A DNA stretch of 64,000 nucleotides from Rhynchopus sp. YZ270_cl-10 (taxonomy: Eukaryota): positions 1,922,001 to 1,986,000 of the forward strand of contig OZ037838.1 in assembly GCA_964035575.1 (NCBI GenBank), read 5' to 3'. The position numbers and the translations under genes were made by a program. Every line of letters starts with the position of its first letter. The stretch's first letter is position 1. Shown one piece after another: positions 23,104 through 35,841 of the stretch. Below the pieces are notes generated by a model that ran no database searches, was not told where the DNA came from, and saw only the letters and a list, made by a program, of their open reading frames with translations.

Positions 23104-24216
23104 ATGGATGTGACCTTTGTGCTGGAAGAGTCAGGCGTGACTGCGACAGTGGAGGTGCCGTGCGAGGCGGACGTTGCAGCGGCAAAGGAGGTTGCGTGCA
23201 CGGCGCTTGCTGTCTCGCCTGCGTCTGTCGAGATGCGCATCGGCACGCAGGTGCTGGAGGGGACGTGCCGTCTGCAGGACACTGCGTTTGATTCAGGGGT
23301 GCAGGTTGTGCTTGCCCGACGCTTTGCCTACATCAAGTGTCCTGCTGAGTACAGTGTAGAGATGCCGTCTGCAATGCAGCGGATAGAGTATTTAGCGCTG
23401 TCTCCTTGTGGAGCACTCTGCCTCTATAAACAGGTGGATGGCTACATCACCGGCCTCGATACAGAAACCTTCAACCCTGCCTTCAGGTTCAAAGTTAACG
23501 GGAGGTTCAGTGCACTTGCCATCTCACGGTGCAAGACACGCTGCTACGTGTCGTTCTATGAAGGTCTGTACGTGGTTGCACTTCCGGGTGTGGAGGCGCT
23601 CCGCAAAGTCGACGGCCCCTCACTCCAAGTGTTCGCGTGTGGTGGTGTTGTTGTCTCCCATGTCCGAGACGGCATCTCTGTGTATGACGAAAGCCTGACG
23701 TTGCTCCGCTCTCTCTCGCACAAAGGGTGCATGAACGTGGCAGTATCTGACTGTGGTGAGTGGGTTATCACCTCCTCCCACAGTGAGAAGAACGCACGTC
23801 TGTGGGATGTGAACACAGGTGAAGCTGTGGCATGTGTGCCTGCGGATTGGAGCGATCACGTGGCGCTTTCACGGTCTGCCTCTGTCTTTGCTGTGGTGTG
23901 CTCTCCCAAAGTTCAGCTCTATGACTGGAGTGGTGCGGCTCTTACAATCTTTAAATACGAGAAGTCTTTTCGCGTCTGTGACGTGCAGTTCACTCCATGT
24001 GGGAAGTACGTCGTTGTTGGGTTCGGTAATGGTGAATACACAGAGTTTACTCTGCACCAGTATGATGTGGCGACCATGTCCTGTGTGCGTGTGATACAGG
24101 ACGCCAAAGGACTGTTTGCGATATCGCCGTGTTCACGTGTGGTTGTGTTCGGCGGAGGTGACGCAGGTGACGAAGGAAGTAACGTCATTGTTACGCAACA
24201 TCTGTACCCCTACTGA
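23104..24216 (+). CDS. Ubl + WD40-like propeller protein, intact
   Basis: Full-length paralog of 6848-7969. The propeller is closest to that of 4021-4940. Confidence 0.8.
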   Translation: MDVTFVLEESGVTATVEVPCEADVAAAKEVACTALAVSPASVEMRIGTQVLEGTCRLQDTAFDSGVQVVLARRFAYIKCPAEYSVEMPSAMQRIEYLALSPCGALCLYKQVDGYITGLDTETFNPAFRFKVNGRFSALAISRCKTRCYVSFYEGLYVVALPGVEALRKVDGPSLQVFACGGVVVSHVRDGISVYDESLTLLRSLSHKGCMNVAVSDCGEWVITSSHSEKNARLWDVNTGEAVACVPADWSDHVALSRSASVFAVVCSPKVQLYDWSGAALTIFKYEKSFRVCDVQFTPCGKYVVVGFGNGEYTEFTLHQYDVATMSCVRVIQDAKGLFAISPCSRVVVFGGGDAGDEGSNVIVTQHLYPY

Positions 24217-24600
24217 GTGATGCAGTCCACCCTGTGTGGGAAGTACCTCCTCGCTGTCGCTGAGTACTGCGGTGTGTTGCTATCGTGTGTTGCATCAGTA
24301 TTTTCGTTGCACCCTCGACCTACTAGCCTGTGAGGGAAGACATTTTCAGATATTTGCACGACAACTACCACACTACCCTTTAACTTTCTTATTCACTTTT
24401 CCTTTGTTGAAACACTCTTCTGTTGGTTCAAACTACAGACACAATGAAAATGTCAACATAATTTCAATTCCACACGCAAACCTTGCAAACAGTTTATGTA
24501 TTTGCTGGTGGGGAGGGCCCAAACGACAGAAGTGAACTTCTTCTCTATTTTTTTACTTCCTACATGTGGTAGGCTTGGGATCATCTTTTAATCAGTTTTT

Positions 24601-26365
24601 GGGGGCTCCCTAAAAAGGAGTATTTTGGATAAAAAGGTTCAAAAAGCGGGTGGTTTCTGGGTCAAAAAAGAAGGGAAAAATAGTGAGGGGAGTTGGGTCC
24701 AGTCATATATAGGGGGTATAGCATATTTTTTTGGAAAATTCTTCAAAAAAGCGACGATTTTTGCTGGGCACAATGCAAATTTCAGAAAAATCCCAATTTT
24801 CGACTGGTTGAGCAAATTATGGCCCACCCACCCCGATTGTGTGTCAAAAACAGACTTCAGAATGTTTCTAGAAAGTACTACCCTTATCAGAGAGCGCAGT
24901 GTCCGACAAGGGTCACAGACAGAACGCGATTTAATTGGGGTCAAACGCCGAAGGAAAAGGAAGGATGCAGTATGGCGAGAGAATAAAAGTAGCGCACCGT
25001 GCGCCTTGGGCGCAAGCTTGCAACCCACACTTCGCGTGACATAGTTTGGCACTAAAAACGTGCAATTTTGAGCGCAATTTTTAGAAATGTTGCGTACCGT
25101 GGCTTCGCCATGGGTGCCATGACCGCCGTTTCTTTTGTAAATGTATTGAGATTACTGATACTGCGTGTGCCCAGTGCAAATATCAATGTAGTGTCGAACT
25201 CCGCAGTAGGATAACCGAGGAATACTCACATTCTGCCGGAGGCCCGGAGCGAGTAATGACCGAGTTTCAGCGAAAACCACCAAAACCAATATTCCCCTGG
25301 GGATTAGTTCTGCGACAGCTGAGATGTGTAAAAAAACACAACTATTCTGCCTCAGTACAGGTCCCAACCTGCTTGTTCGTTTTTCTTTTCAGACGGTCAC
25401 TCAATTTTTCGACTCGCTGCGCTCGCGGACAAACCATCAACCCCCCCCACGATTTCCTAAAAACCTGACAGCTAGCATCAGGCCTGCGCGGAAAAATCTC
25501 AAAAACGGGAGAGAAAAATAAAACGAAAAAAAATCTCGGATTTTCAGCGAAAAGAAGGATCCACCCTGCACCGGGGAGAGGAGAAAGGTATCGCTTCCGC
25601 CTCGTCGCAAACTCGTTAGTGCGTTCGCACTGCTCACACTTGTACTGAACCCGTAAATGCCAGACGTCGTCCTTGTTCCACGTCACGTCGATAAAATCCT
25701 GCACCAATGTGTACGCACTGCCGATGCTGGACACCGTAGTGTTCTCCTGCATGAGGTCTGATGCCGCATGATGGCAAGGAATAGCGCTGCGAACACTACA
25801 ACATCTACATTTAAAATTCAGGTTCGGTATGACCTAGAGCTCCGAACTGCGCCGCAGGCCCCCAATTGCATAGGGGGGTCTGGGGGGTTTGGGGGGCAAA
25901 GCCCCCCAATGGGGGGTTCGGGGGGCGAAGCCCCCCGGCGCTTTTTTTTTGGACTTTCGGGCCAGAAAAACCGAAAATTTGGGTTGAAATGGGCATTTTC
26001 CTAAGTAAAAACCACGAAATTTGGGGTGCGCGAAACCACGTTTTAGACCCCCACAGATGCTCAAAAGTGTCAAATTCTGGTTTTAACGGCCTCAAATCGT
26101 CGAAATTAGCCCTATATAGGCGGGAAAAAAAATTTGCGAGAGTCCTTTTCTATAAGTCAAAATAGCTGGAAAGTGGGGCGGGAGGGTCCGTAGTCCGAGG
26201 GTCCCTAAAACATTCGAAAATATTCGAAAACATTTTTTTCCCGGCTATTTCTCAGTTTTTGCTGGGGAAAAACATTTTTTTCCCCTTTGTATCTCAGTTT
26301 TGGCAAAGGTAAAAAACACTTTTTGAACTTTTTTGCGATTTTTTAACATGTTTTAGGGAGCCCCC
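24601..26365. mobile_element. Non-autonomous TIR DNA transposon (1765 bp), 3-bp TTT TSD, possibly PIF/Harbinger-like
   Basis: Perfect 15-bp TIR gggggctccctaaaa / ttttagggagccccc. Empty paralogous site atcagtttttcttatattaacg at ~8344. Confidence 0.9.
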
Positions 26366-27619
26366 TTTCTTATATTAACGCACCTTTCGCTGCTTGAAGT
26401 CGCTCTGTTCTGTCTTACGTTTACACACAGTGACGACTATTCTTTGCTGTCGTTCACAAGCCCTTATTACTTGCACCCGCGACCCTCGGGCGCATTGTTG
26501 CCTACTAACTTACACAGTACACGTTGCAACTGTTCCTATCTTTTCTTGGACGCAGTCTGCAACACTTAAGACACACAGATGCAGTCTGATTAACGCAAAG
26601 GTTGAGATAGTTTAGTGCCTTACGTCACCCCGCAGCTTTGACTTACTGTCGTGGCCATTGAGACGTCTTTTCCAAGGCACGTCGTACAGGCAAAAGGTGC
26701 TTACCTCCGGTATCAGCCCATGATAGCTGGCTGGCCATTCGGGGACGAGAAGAAGTAGCTACCGTTTTTTAGTGCGGTCGGATTGCACACTGGTTCACTG
26801 TGTGTTGCTCTATATTACACTAGTTTATTTATTTCAATGAAAGATTTTTAGTTTTGAGAAACAGGATCGTGGCAGCACTAACTCATCTTCAGTTACCTGC
26901 AGGTTTTTGTTTCCTTTTGAGCACAATACAGGAAAATGTGAGACGAGAAGGCGATAGGTTGTTAGTTGATAACTTGCACATTTTTACTCATTTTTTTTGA
27001 ACTTACCGGAACTATAAATTATGTAACATAATGTTCACAGAAAATATCCAAATAGAAAATGTAGTTTCAAATACAATACATTCAAAAGAACAGAAAGTAA
27101 GAGTCCTGAAATCAACGTAAGTAGGACCTCTTCAAAAGAAAGCACGACGATCTCAGGACGAGAACTTTCTGTTGCACGTATGTCATTCATCATTGGTGTG
27201 TTCGCAGTGCAGCTGCAACCACAAGAACATACCACACCCTCCCCAGTCCCACCCTGTACACATTTCGCCCCTTTGCAGAAAAGGAATGTTATGTAACCCA
27301 TCCTCGTTGTCTACACTCATACAACCATGTTTTCAGAGAGAAGCAATTTTTTCAATAAAAAAGAAGCACAACAAAACACGAAACCACACACCTTTGTTTC
27401 CCCTCTGTACCTCCCCGCTCTCCTCTTTTGCAAGAACGCTCCTTCGCTAATGACGCGATCTTCTTTTCTAGACAACAGCTCTCTGCGTACGACACTCTAT
27501 GTCGTTCTTGGAGACTCACTTTGCATGTGTCCTGTCGCGATCTTCTTTATTCTCCGAAGTGCATGCATCGTAAACTACAACACAAAACACAGTTACACAC
27601 AAAACACAACACAACAACC

Positions 27620-28311
27620 ATGGACGTGACCATTCAAAGCTTCGATAAGAAGGACCACGTCATCAAGGTGGGTGTGGACGATACTGTGATGGACGTGCGT
27701 CGCAACGTGGCGTCTGCAGTGGGGTTGCACGAAGACAGCTTCAGCATGAGGTTCGGAGGAGAGGTTATGTACGGAGCTGACGTGAGGAACCTGAGTGCTG
27801 GGGACACTATTGTGCTGACGAGTAAGAAGGACGAAGCCATTGCAGCACTTCGTGCATTGGGTGAGAAGGACCTGACGGAGGAGAGGCTGGCAAATGTGGG
27901 GGATCCTCTAGTGGCGTGTCTGTTTCTGCAGGCGGAGGTTGCGAGCGTAATCAAGTTCATGGTTTGCGGGTTTGCGGGTTTGCCGACAGTGATGAAACAC
28001 TTGACTTCTCTGGGTTGAGCTTTGTGCAGGGGATTGGGGCACAGTTTTTTATTAACTGCGAAGCGTTGACAGCAATGGACCTGTCTGGGGTGACGAGCGT
28101 CACCACAATACACGATGACTTTCTTTGCGGTTGCACGGGGTTGACGACACTCGACCTATCTGGGTTGATAAATGTCACCACCATTGGCACGTGCTTCCTG
28201 TACGATTGCACGGCGTTAACACGACTTGACCTCTCTGGGTTGGGCCGTGTCACTCAGGTTGGTGTATGTTTTCTAGAGGGCTGCCAAGCAGTCATCACTC
28301 ATCGTAGATAA
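27620..28311 (+). pseudogene. Ubl-LRR copy with internal deletion/frameshift
   Basis: The Ubl part is in ORF 27428..28018 and the LRRs are in ORF 27916..28311. The break is near 27960-27990. Confidence 0.75.
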
Positions 28312-29317
28312 CGGTTCTCTCGCATACCGTGCTTGCGGAACCCTCTTGAGGGCGATGCAACGAACCGTTATTTGGTGATTTTCCTTGGCATGAGCACAGA
28401 ACGTCGTACGCTTGCGGGCCTCTAGAGTGCGAGGCACCACCCTCGTATCTGATAGCCTGCGCATGAGGACACTTTTGGTTTTTCTCTCTCCCTCACTTTA
28501 CTCTCGCATACTCTGCGCTTGCGGAACCCTCTTGAGGGAGATGTAACCAACTTGGTTTTCTTTGGAATGAGTGTACACCTGTATTTCTTTTCCCCCCTTC
28601 TTTCTTTCCCTCTCGTTTTTCATAAAAACGATCAAAATCCTCCGATATCGATATAGTTTCCATGGATAGACATGAAAAGGGGCAGCACACGTGTTCCGTG
28701 TCATGTTTTCAACAGAACCAACACGTGTTGCGTGTCTCCCAAACAACAAAAAAGCAAATGAATTTAAAAAAATGTTGAAAGGAAAAAGGAAGAACAAAAC
28801 AGTGTGGTTTACAACAGGGACTATAAAATCAACGTTTGCACATTAATCTTAGTTTCCCACCCCCACCCCTAGTTCAGACGCAAGGGCATCTCCCCCCTTT
28901 CTGCACCGCTTAGCATTTCCTTACGTTTTGACCCTACTTTTCATTTCCTCCCAAATTAGCGACTCGGGGCTTATGCTCCTCTAGCCTCTCCCACACAGAG
29001 ACCCCAACCGGACCCTAAATCACACAGGCCTGATTACTTTCGTTCGCAACGATCTCCGTTCATCTGGCTGATGAGTGAAAGCGGGAGTAGCATATCAGAT
29101 GTAAACCACGAAATAGTCCTTAAAGTGGATGTAGGACTGCATGGTCGGGGCCCACCCCACTACATGTACCAAGGTACACTGTCACGGGACTGCTTTGTAT
29201 TTCAAGTCAACTTTTCTTTTGCATGTGTCCTGTCGCGATCTTCTTTATTCTCCGAAGTGCATGCATCGTAAACTACAACACAAAACACAGTTACACACAA
29301 AACACAACACAACAACC

Positions 29318-30292
29318 ATGGACGTGACCATTCAAAGCTTCGATAAGAAGGACCACGTCATCGAGGTGGGTGTGGACGATACTGTGATGGACGTGCGTCG
29401 CAACGTGGCGTCTGCAGTGGGGTTGCACGAAGACAGCTTCAGCATGAGGTTCGGAGGAGAGGTTATGTACGGAGCTGACGTGAGGAACCTGAGTGCTGGG
29501 GACACTATTGTGCTTACGAAGAAGAAGGACGAGGCCATTGCAGCACTTCGTGCATTGGGTGAGAAGGACCTGACGGAGGAGAGGCTGGCAAATGTGGGGG
29601 ATCCTCAATGGGCGTGTTTGCTTCTGCAGGCAGAGGTTGCGAGCGTTACTCCTAACAAGTTCATGTCAGGACAGCAGTTCAAGCGTCTGGGTATTACAAA
29701 TGTATCTGTTGTGAGTCGCAGTTTGGACAGCCCTTACAGTGGTGACAGGGACGTCACCGACAGTAATGAAACACTTGACTTCTCTGGGTTGAGCTTTGTG
29801 CAGGGGATTGGGACACAATTTTTTGTTAACTGCAACATGTTGACAGCAATGGACCTGTCAGGGATGACGGGCGTCACCACAATACACGATGACTTTCTTC
29901 GTGGTTGCACGGGGTTAAGGACAGTCTCCCTCTCTGGGTTGAGAAACGTCACCACCATAGGTAACAACTTCATGTATTGTTGTTCGGCGATACAAACGAT
30001 CGATCTCTCTGGGTTCACGAATGTCAACACCATAGGTTCGTGCTTCATGTACTCTTGTAGGGCATTAGCGACGTTCGACCTTTCTGGGTTTACAAATGTC
30101 ACCACCATTGGTGACAGCTTCATGCACTCTTGTGCGGCTTTCACAACACTTGACCTTTCTGGGTTGAGTTGTGTCACTCAGGTCGGTGCTAATTTTCTTT
30201 ACAACTGTCGCGCAAAGATCACACATCGTGGAGCTTCCCGATGCAGCAGCATTGCTGTGTTGGAGCGTTGCGACATGGAAGGTCTGCCCTAG
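29318..30292 (+). CDS. Ubl + LRR protein, intact
   Basis: Paralog of 1921-2892 with about 7 LRR units. Confidence 0.8.
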   Translation: MDVTIQSFDKKDHVIEVGVDDTVMDVRRNVASAVGLHEDSFSMRFGGEVMYGADVRNLSAGDTIVLTKKKDEAIAALRALGEKDLTEERLANVGDPQWACLLLQAEVASVTPNKFMSGQQFKRLGITNVSVVSRSLDSPYSGDRDVTDSNETLDFSGLSFVQGIGTQFFVNCNMLTAMDLSGMTGVTTIHDDFLRGCTGLRTVSLSGLRNVTTIGNNFMYCCSAIQTIDLSGFTNVNTIGSCFMYSCRALATFDLSGFTNVTTIGDSFMHSCAAFTTLDLSGLSCVTQVGANFLYNCRAKITHRGASRCSSIAVLERCDMEGLP

Positions 30293-31717
30293 TGGCGTAC
30301 TCCGCCTGTGGGTTCTGACGCTTCTTGAAAATCTCATGACTCTGTGTCACAAGAGTTGTCTTTTGTTCACTATTGATGTTTTATTGTGTACTGAGCATCC
30401 AATACGTCTCGAAATGAAAGACACGTTCCCCCGGATGCCATGAGTCTTACCGTCTCCCCCTTTTGTGTTCCACCTCTCCCCCGTACTTCAGGACACGGGG
30501 TTTTTGGATGATTACACGTGCAAGAGTTGTCTTTTATTGTTGTTCATCATTGCTGTTTATTTTTTTCGTAATACTTTACGTATGCACGGCAGCCATCAAG
30601 ACCAAGACTCTTGAGGTTACTCTTCCCCCTGGTGATAAGATAATACATCCAGTAAGGACGAGAAACAGGGGACATTAGTATGCCGGTGTGGACACACCTG
30701 AAAAGCCGGTGTGGGATTTTGAGGAAAAAGAAAAAAGAAAAAAGAAAAAAGGCGGATTTTCTTCTGAGGGTGATCCGGGGTACGTTTCTGGAACAAATAT
30801 CGCAAAACCCGAAATAAGAATCGCACAAATCAGAATTTTAAATTTGAATTTCTTCTGAATTTTATCTCCTCATACAAGGCTACAGCCACATCTGTAGCGG
30901 GTTCGTATGTGCATGTGACCCCACCATAAAGACCAATCGGTCCGTTAAATCTAGTAGCGTACCGTGCGCCTGCGGCGCAGCTAAAAATTACAAGCGGTAG
31001 TCCACAGCTCTACCCTACCTATGCCATAGTTTGGCTAAGTGCAATTTTATGTCACAATTTTTGAAATGTCTGGCTTCGCCAGAAACGTTTTGGTGCCAGA
31101 CAAGGGCGCAGAGGGGAAAGAGTTGTGGATGTCTCTGTCAAAAATGTGTGGGGTAAAAAAAATTGCCTCGCACCGGTTTTTTGGCTCACACCGGCTTTTT
31201 TTTTTTTCAAAATCTCAAACTACTTATGTCCCCTGCAGAGAAAGGAATAGAAAATAAAAAAAATTTTTGTATTTTGTGTATTCCCAAATAACTGAGTAGA
31301 AGGTACCAAATGTTCACACGAACATCGGTTTCACGACATTCACCCATCATCTAAAGGGAAATCACTGAAGATATCCACCCTTTCGAATACAACTGTATGA
31401 TTCTTAGGACTGAAACAGGGTCATTGTCAGAAACCAATCTACTGAAGTTTCAACTTGTGCACGAAGCATTTTACTTTTTCCTTTTTTACGTTTTGCAAAA
31501 CATACCACATCAAAAGAAAGTTGGGAACATGTTTGTTGATCCCAAAACCTATGCTACCAATTTATTGATGGCATATGTTGAAACACTGTTTACACGCGCA
31601 CCTACACAGCACAGTGTTGCGCACCTCGTACCTTCCAAGTTGCATTGTTGTGCGTGCATTCCTTTGAGTAATTTTTTTTAACCTAAAATCTTCTACATTG
31701 GTTAGTACAAACTACAC

Positions 31718-32010
31718 CAGGGACTCCGCTAGGTACTAAAGTTCTGTTGATTGTCAACAGAACTTTTTGAAAATGGGGAAAAAAAAAAAAAAAAAAGTTC
31801 TGCTGAGTGGTTCAGACCCGTTCTACCTGTCAAAAAAGCTCAGGAGAAGAAGATATGGAGAGGTGAGTGCTCAAACGTCCCAAAAAAGTCAAAATCGGGC
31901 GTTGAAAAAAAAAAAGTTGCGTACCGTGCGCCTGCGGCGCAAGCATGTACCCCACCACGTGGACCATCAACAGAACATTTTCAAAATCGGAAATCCTAGC
32001 GGAGAGCCTG
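31718..32010. mobile_element. hAT-like MITE (293 bp), 8-bp TSD
   Basis: TIR cagggactccgctagg / cctagcggagagcctg (2 mismatches). TSD aactacac on both sides. Empty site at ~35990. Confidence 0.9.
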
Positions 32011-33642
32011 AACTACACAGAAAAAGCAAAAAAAAAAAGCCACATCCACTTCACCTTGCCGCAAACCCCCATACCCCTTCCTCTGACTGGCTATTGATTA
32101 GTTTGTGTACAAATCTTTTTGGAAGAATGGTGCTAATTTTCTTTATAACTGTCGCGCAAAGATCACACATCGTGGAGCTTCCCGCTGCAGCAGCATTGCT
32201 GTGTTGGAGCGTTGCGACATGGAAGGTCTGCCCTAGTGGCGTACTCCGCCTGTGGGTTCTGACGCTTCTTGAAAATCTCATGACTCTGTGTCACAAGAGT
32301 TGTCTTTTGTTCACTATTGATGTTTTATTGTGTACTGAGCATCCAATACGTCTCGAAATGAAAGACACGTTCCCTCGGATGCCATGAGTCTTACCGTCTC
32401 CCCCTTTTGTGTTCCACCTCTCCCCCGTACTTCAGGACACGGGGTTTTTGGATGATTACACGTGCAAGAGTTGTCTTTTATTGTTGTTCATCATTGCTGT
32501 TTATTTTTTTTTTGTTTACACGTACACCTACACAGCGCAGTGTTGTGCACCTCTTGCCTTCCAAGTTGCATTGTTGTGCGTGCATTCCTTTGAGTAATTC
32601 TAAAACGTAAATTCTAAAAATCCTTGGTTTTTTAGTTTTTACTTTAGAGATGAGTGCCACGCACCCACACACTACACACACCACACACCCACACACACCC
32701 ACCTCACCACAGGGGGAAAAACACCCAAAATACAAAAAATAGTTGCACATCATGGCGTGGCCCGTTTTGGGGTTTTGGATGGCCCAAGAATGGCCCAAAA
32801 GTGGTTTAAATCGATGGGGGGTGCCTTTTTAACTGTTGTTCTTGTACCACCACCAAAAATGGAGTTAACCTCACGCAGAACAGTCTCGTCACCCACAAAA
32901 GGTCAATATCCATTTTTAGGAAAATTTTTGTCCGAAAATGGCCCCATATTAGTGACCGGGCTCATATTTTCCAACCTAAAAACATATGGCCCAAGAATGG
33001 CCCAAATGTGGTTTAAATCGGCCACACCAGAGTCATCAGAAAAAATATTTTTTACGAAATCGTGTTATTTGGGCATTGAGGCCTGAAAAACTATTTTTTT
33101 TTTACAGTCCTTGGGGTGATTTGGGGTCTTTTTTTTCCAGTAAAATTCACAAAACCTTCACAAAATATTCACTACCGATTCACATAAATTCACAAAAATT
33201 CACAAAACCGTCGCAAAACAACCCCTTCCTCTGACTGGCTATTGATTAGTTTGTGTACAATTCCTTTTGGAAGAATGATTCTAATTTCTTTATAACTGTC
33301 GCGCAAAGATCACACATCGTGGAGCTTCCCGATGCAGCAGCATTGCTGTGTTGGAGCGTTGCGACATGGAAGGTCTGCCCTAGTGGCGTACTCCGCCTGC
33401 GGGTTCTGACGCTTCTTTAAAGTCTCATGACTCTGTGTCACAAGAGTTGTCTTTTGTTCACTATTGATGTTTTATTGTGTACTGAGCATCCAATATGTCT
33501 CGAAATGAAAGACACGTTCCCCCGGATGCCATGAGTCTTACCGTCTCCCCCTTTTGTGTTCCACCTCTCCCCCGTACTTCAGGACACGGGGTTTTTGGAT
33601 GATTACACGTGCAAGAGTTGTCTTTTATTGTTGTTCATCATT

Positions 33643-35841
33643 CACGCATGCGGCTAAATAGTACCTATTTTCCAGATTTTCCTTAACCTAAATAGACAAA
33701 TTTACCTGTTTTTATTACCTTGTGGTTTTCGAGGCAGGGTACCACCCAAAAGCGGTGTTTCATGCATTTTTGGGCCAATCCCAGCCTGTGTTGGGGTCAC
33801 TTTAAAAAAATGGCCAAAATTTTTGAACAAGATAAAACAATAAGCTCGCGTTTCTTTTATCGAACAGATTTTATTCTCCGCCCCGTACCCAAAACGTAAA
33901 CACCACTTTGAATCAGAAAAAATATCTTCCTCTCCTTTTTTCTTCCACACGCGCTGGTTTTTGTATCTCGCTAATTTTTATCAAAAAGCTTTATATGACA
34001 AACAGGTGCAGGGTGGTTCCGTGCATATCATAGAACCTGGCACCTTGTGTGTCTTCCAAAAACCAAAAGCGTTGTGTGTGAAGTTTTGAAGGAAGGAAAA
34101 ATAAAACATCACTTAAATTTTCGGGAAGTGCCAAGTATCTAGTTTGCAGTAACTTTTGGCATTATGTTTTTGTGGGGATTTGTCCTCTGGCGGGGGTAGG
34201 GGTTGTATATCTACCGACGGGTTGTAGAGGGTAGAGCATTCACCTCACTGTTGCAGGTTATTTCGAAAAAAATGGACAAGTTCATGGTTGATACAATTTT
34301 TGGCCATTACCACCAGTGAGTTGCTTCACAGGGTAAAATGTAACTATGATTCTGGGCCACCGCCCCCTCCAAATGCAAAAAGGTCCCAAACCCGGGCGCG
34401 CTACGTGCGCCGACCTTTTTGCAGCTTTGGTCAAAGTTTTATTTTTCGGCTAAAATGCAGGCGAAGCTATTCGGACCTCTATTTTTTTGCGGAGCAAAAA
34501 AATGATATTGATGGCGCCGCAGGCGAAAAAAAATTAGGGTACAGTGTAAAAATGCAGCTTTTACACCACAGAGCCACTCAAAGATTGAAATTCCCCTCAT
34601 AAAAAAGCAGGTATTTTTTTCCTGCCCCCTATTTTTCCCGTATACAAAAACAGGTAAATTTATTTTATTGCCCTGGTGAAAATTTTTTGCACTCTATTAT
34701 GTACCCTCCACCCCCACTTTATACAACTCTACTCACTTTATGGTCACTCCATAAAGTAAATTTTCACTCCATAAAGTGATTTTTCACTCCATAAAGTGAC
34801 CCATTTCCAGCTATTGTGCCCCATAGAAAGGGACTCTGCAAAAATTTTTTTTCGCCTATATAGGGCTAATTTCGACGATTTGAGGCCATTAAAGCCAGAA
34901 TTTGACACTTTTGAGCCTCTGTGGGGGTCTAAAATGCGGTTTTGAGTTTCCAAAAAAAAATTTCCCCCATATACAATGCTCAGCATTGCTGTGGTGCAAA
35001 TAATTTCACTCTCGAATCGGTGAGTGCTCTTCGAGTGCCCGAAGGGCACGAGAGGGGGCACAACGGATTCTCGAGTGAAATTTTGGCCCAATTTGGGGTT
35101 ACTATAGTGGTTTGTGGGGGTGTATTTTACTTGAGGCTTGATTTCCCCTATCTCGACCCAATAAATAACGCCACCTATACCATTTCCCCAGAGAAAATGC
35201 GAAAAAATCACACACCACAACACAAAAAATGTTCCCGAAGAGGAAGAACGACCCGATGTGAGCATAATTTTTCTGTTTGAGTTCGGGTTGTATCCCGTTC
35301 AGTACTCCCCCTGGGATGCTACTACTATGCTGCGGTAAACTGAGCATTGCTGGGTTGCTTTTGCAGTGACACCCCCGGAATTTCACTTTTTTTCTGATTT
35401 TTTTACACTTCGCCCCCGATGTTACACTCCCATCCCCTCCTGTCACCCTTTTTTTGCCTGTTTGTGGTGTTTTTCAGTCAGAAAAACACAAAAAACCCCT
35501 GTTTTTGGGCCACAAAGTGAAAATACACCCCATAAAGTGAAGATACACCCCATAAAGCCACTTTATTTAACTCCAAAAATCAAGAGTGCTCAAAATTTTC
35601 ACCACGGGCAATAAAACTACCTTATCAACTCCAAATTGGGCCATAATTTCACTCTCGAATCGGTTCGTGCCCCTCTCGTGCCCTTCGGGCACTCGAGGAG
35701 CACTCACCGATTCTCGAGTGAAATAATGACCCATTATTTGTTGTTAATAAATAGCTATTACCTTCCCCCTTTATAAAAACAGGTAAATTCTTTTTTTATT
35801 CTGAAAACCTAAATAGTAAATAGCTTTTAGCCTCACGCGTG
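33643..35841. mobile_element. hAT-like non-autonomous transposon (2.2 kb), 8-bp TSD
   Basis: TIR cacgcatgcggctaaa / tttagcctcacgcgtg. TSD tcatcatt on both sides. Empty sites at ~30545 and 32490. Confidence 0.88.
33824..34106 (+). mobile_element. Short A+B derivative of the YR retrotransposon (SIRE-like), nested in the hAT-like element
   Basis: Complete A repeat (tgaacaagat...aagcttt) fused to the 3' ~115 bp of B, ending ggaaaaataaaa. Confidence 0.88.
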
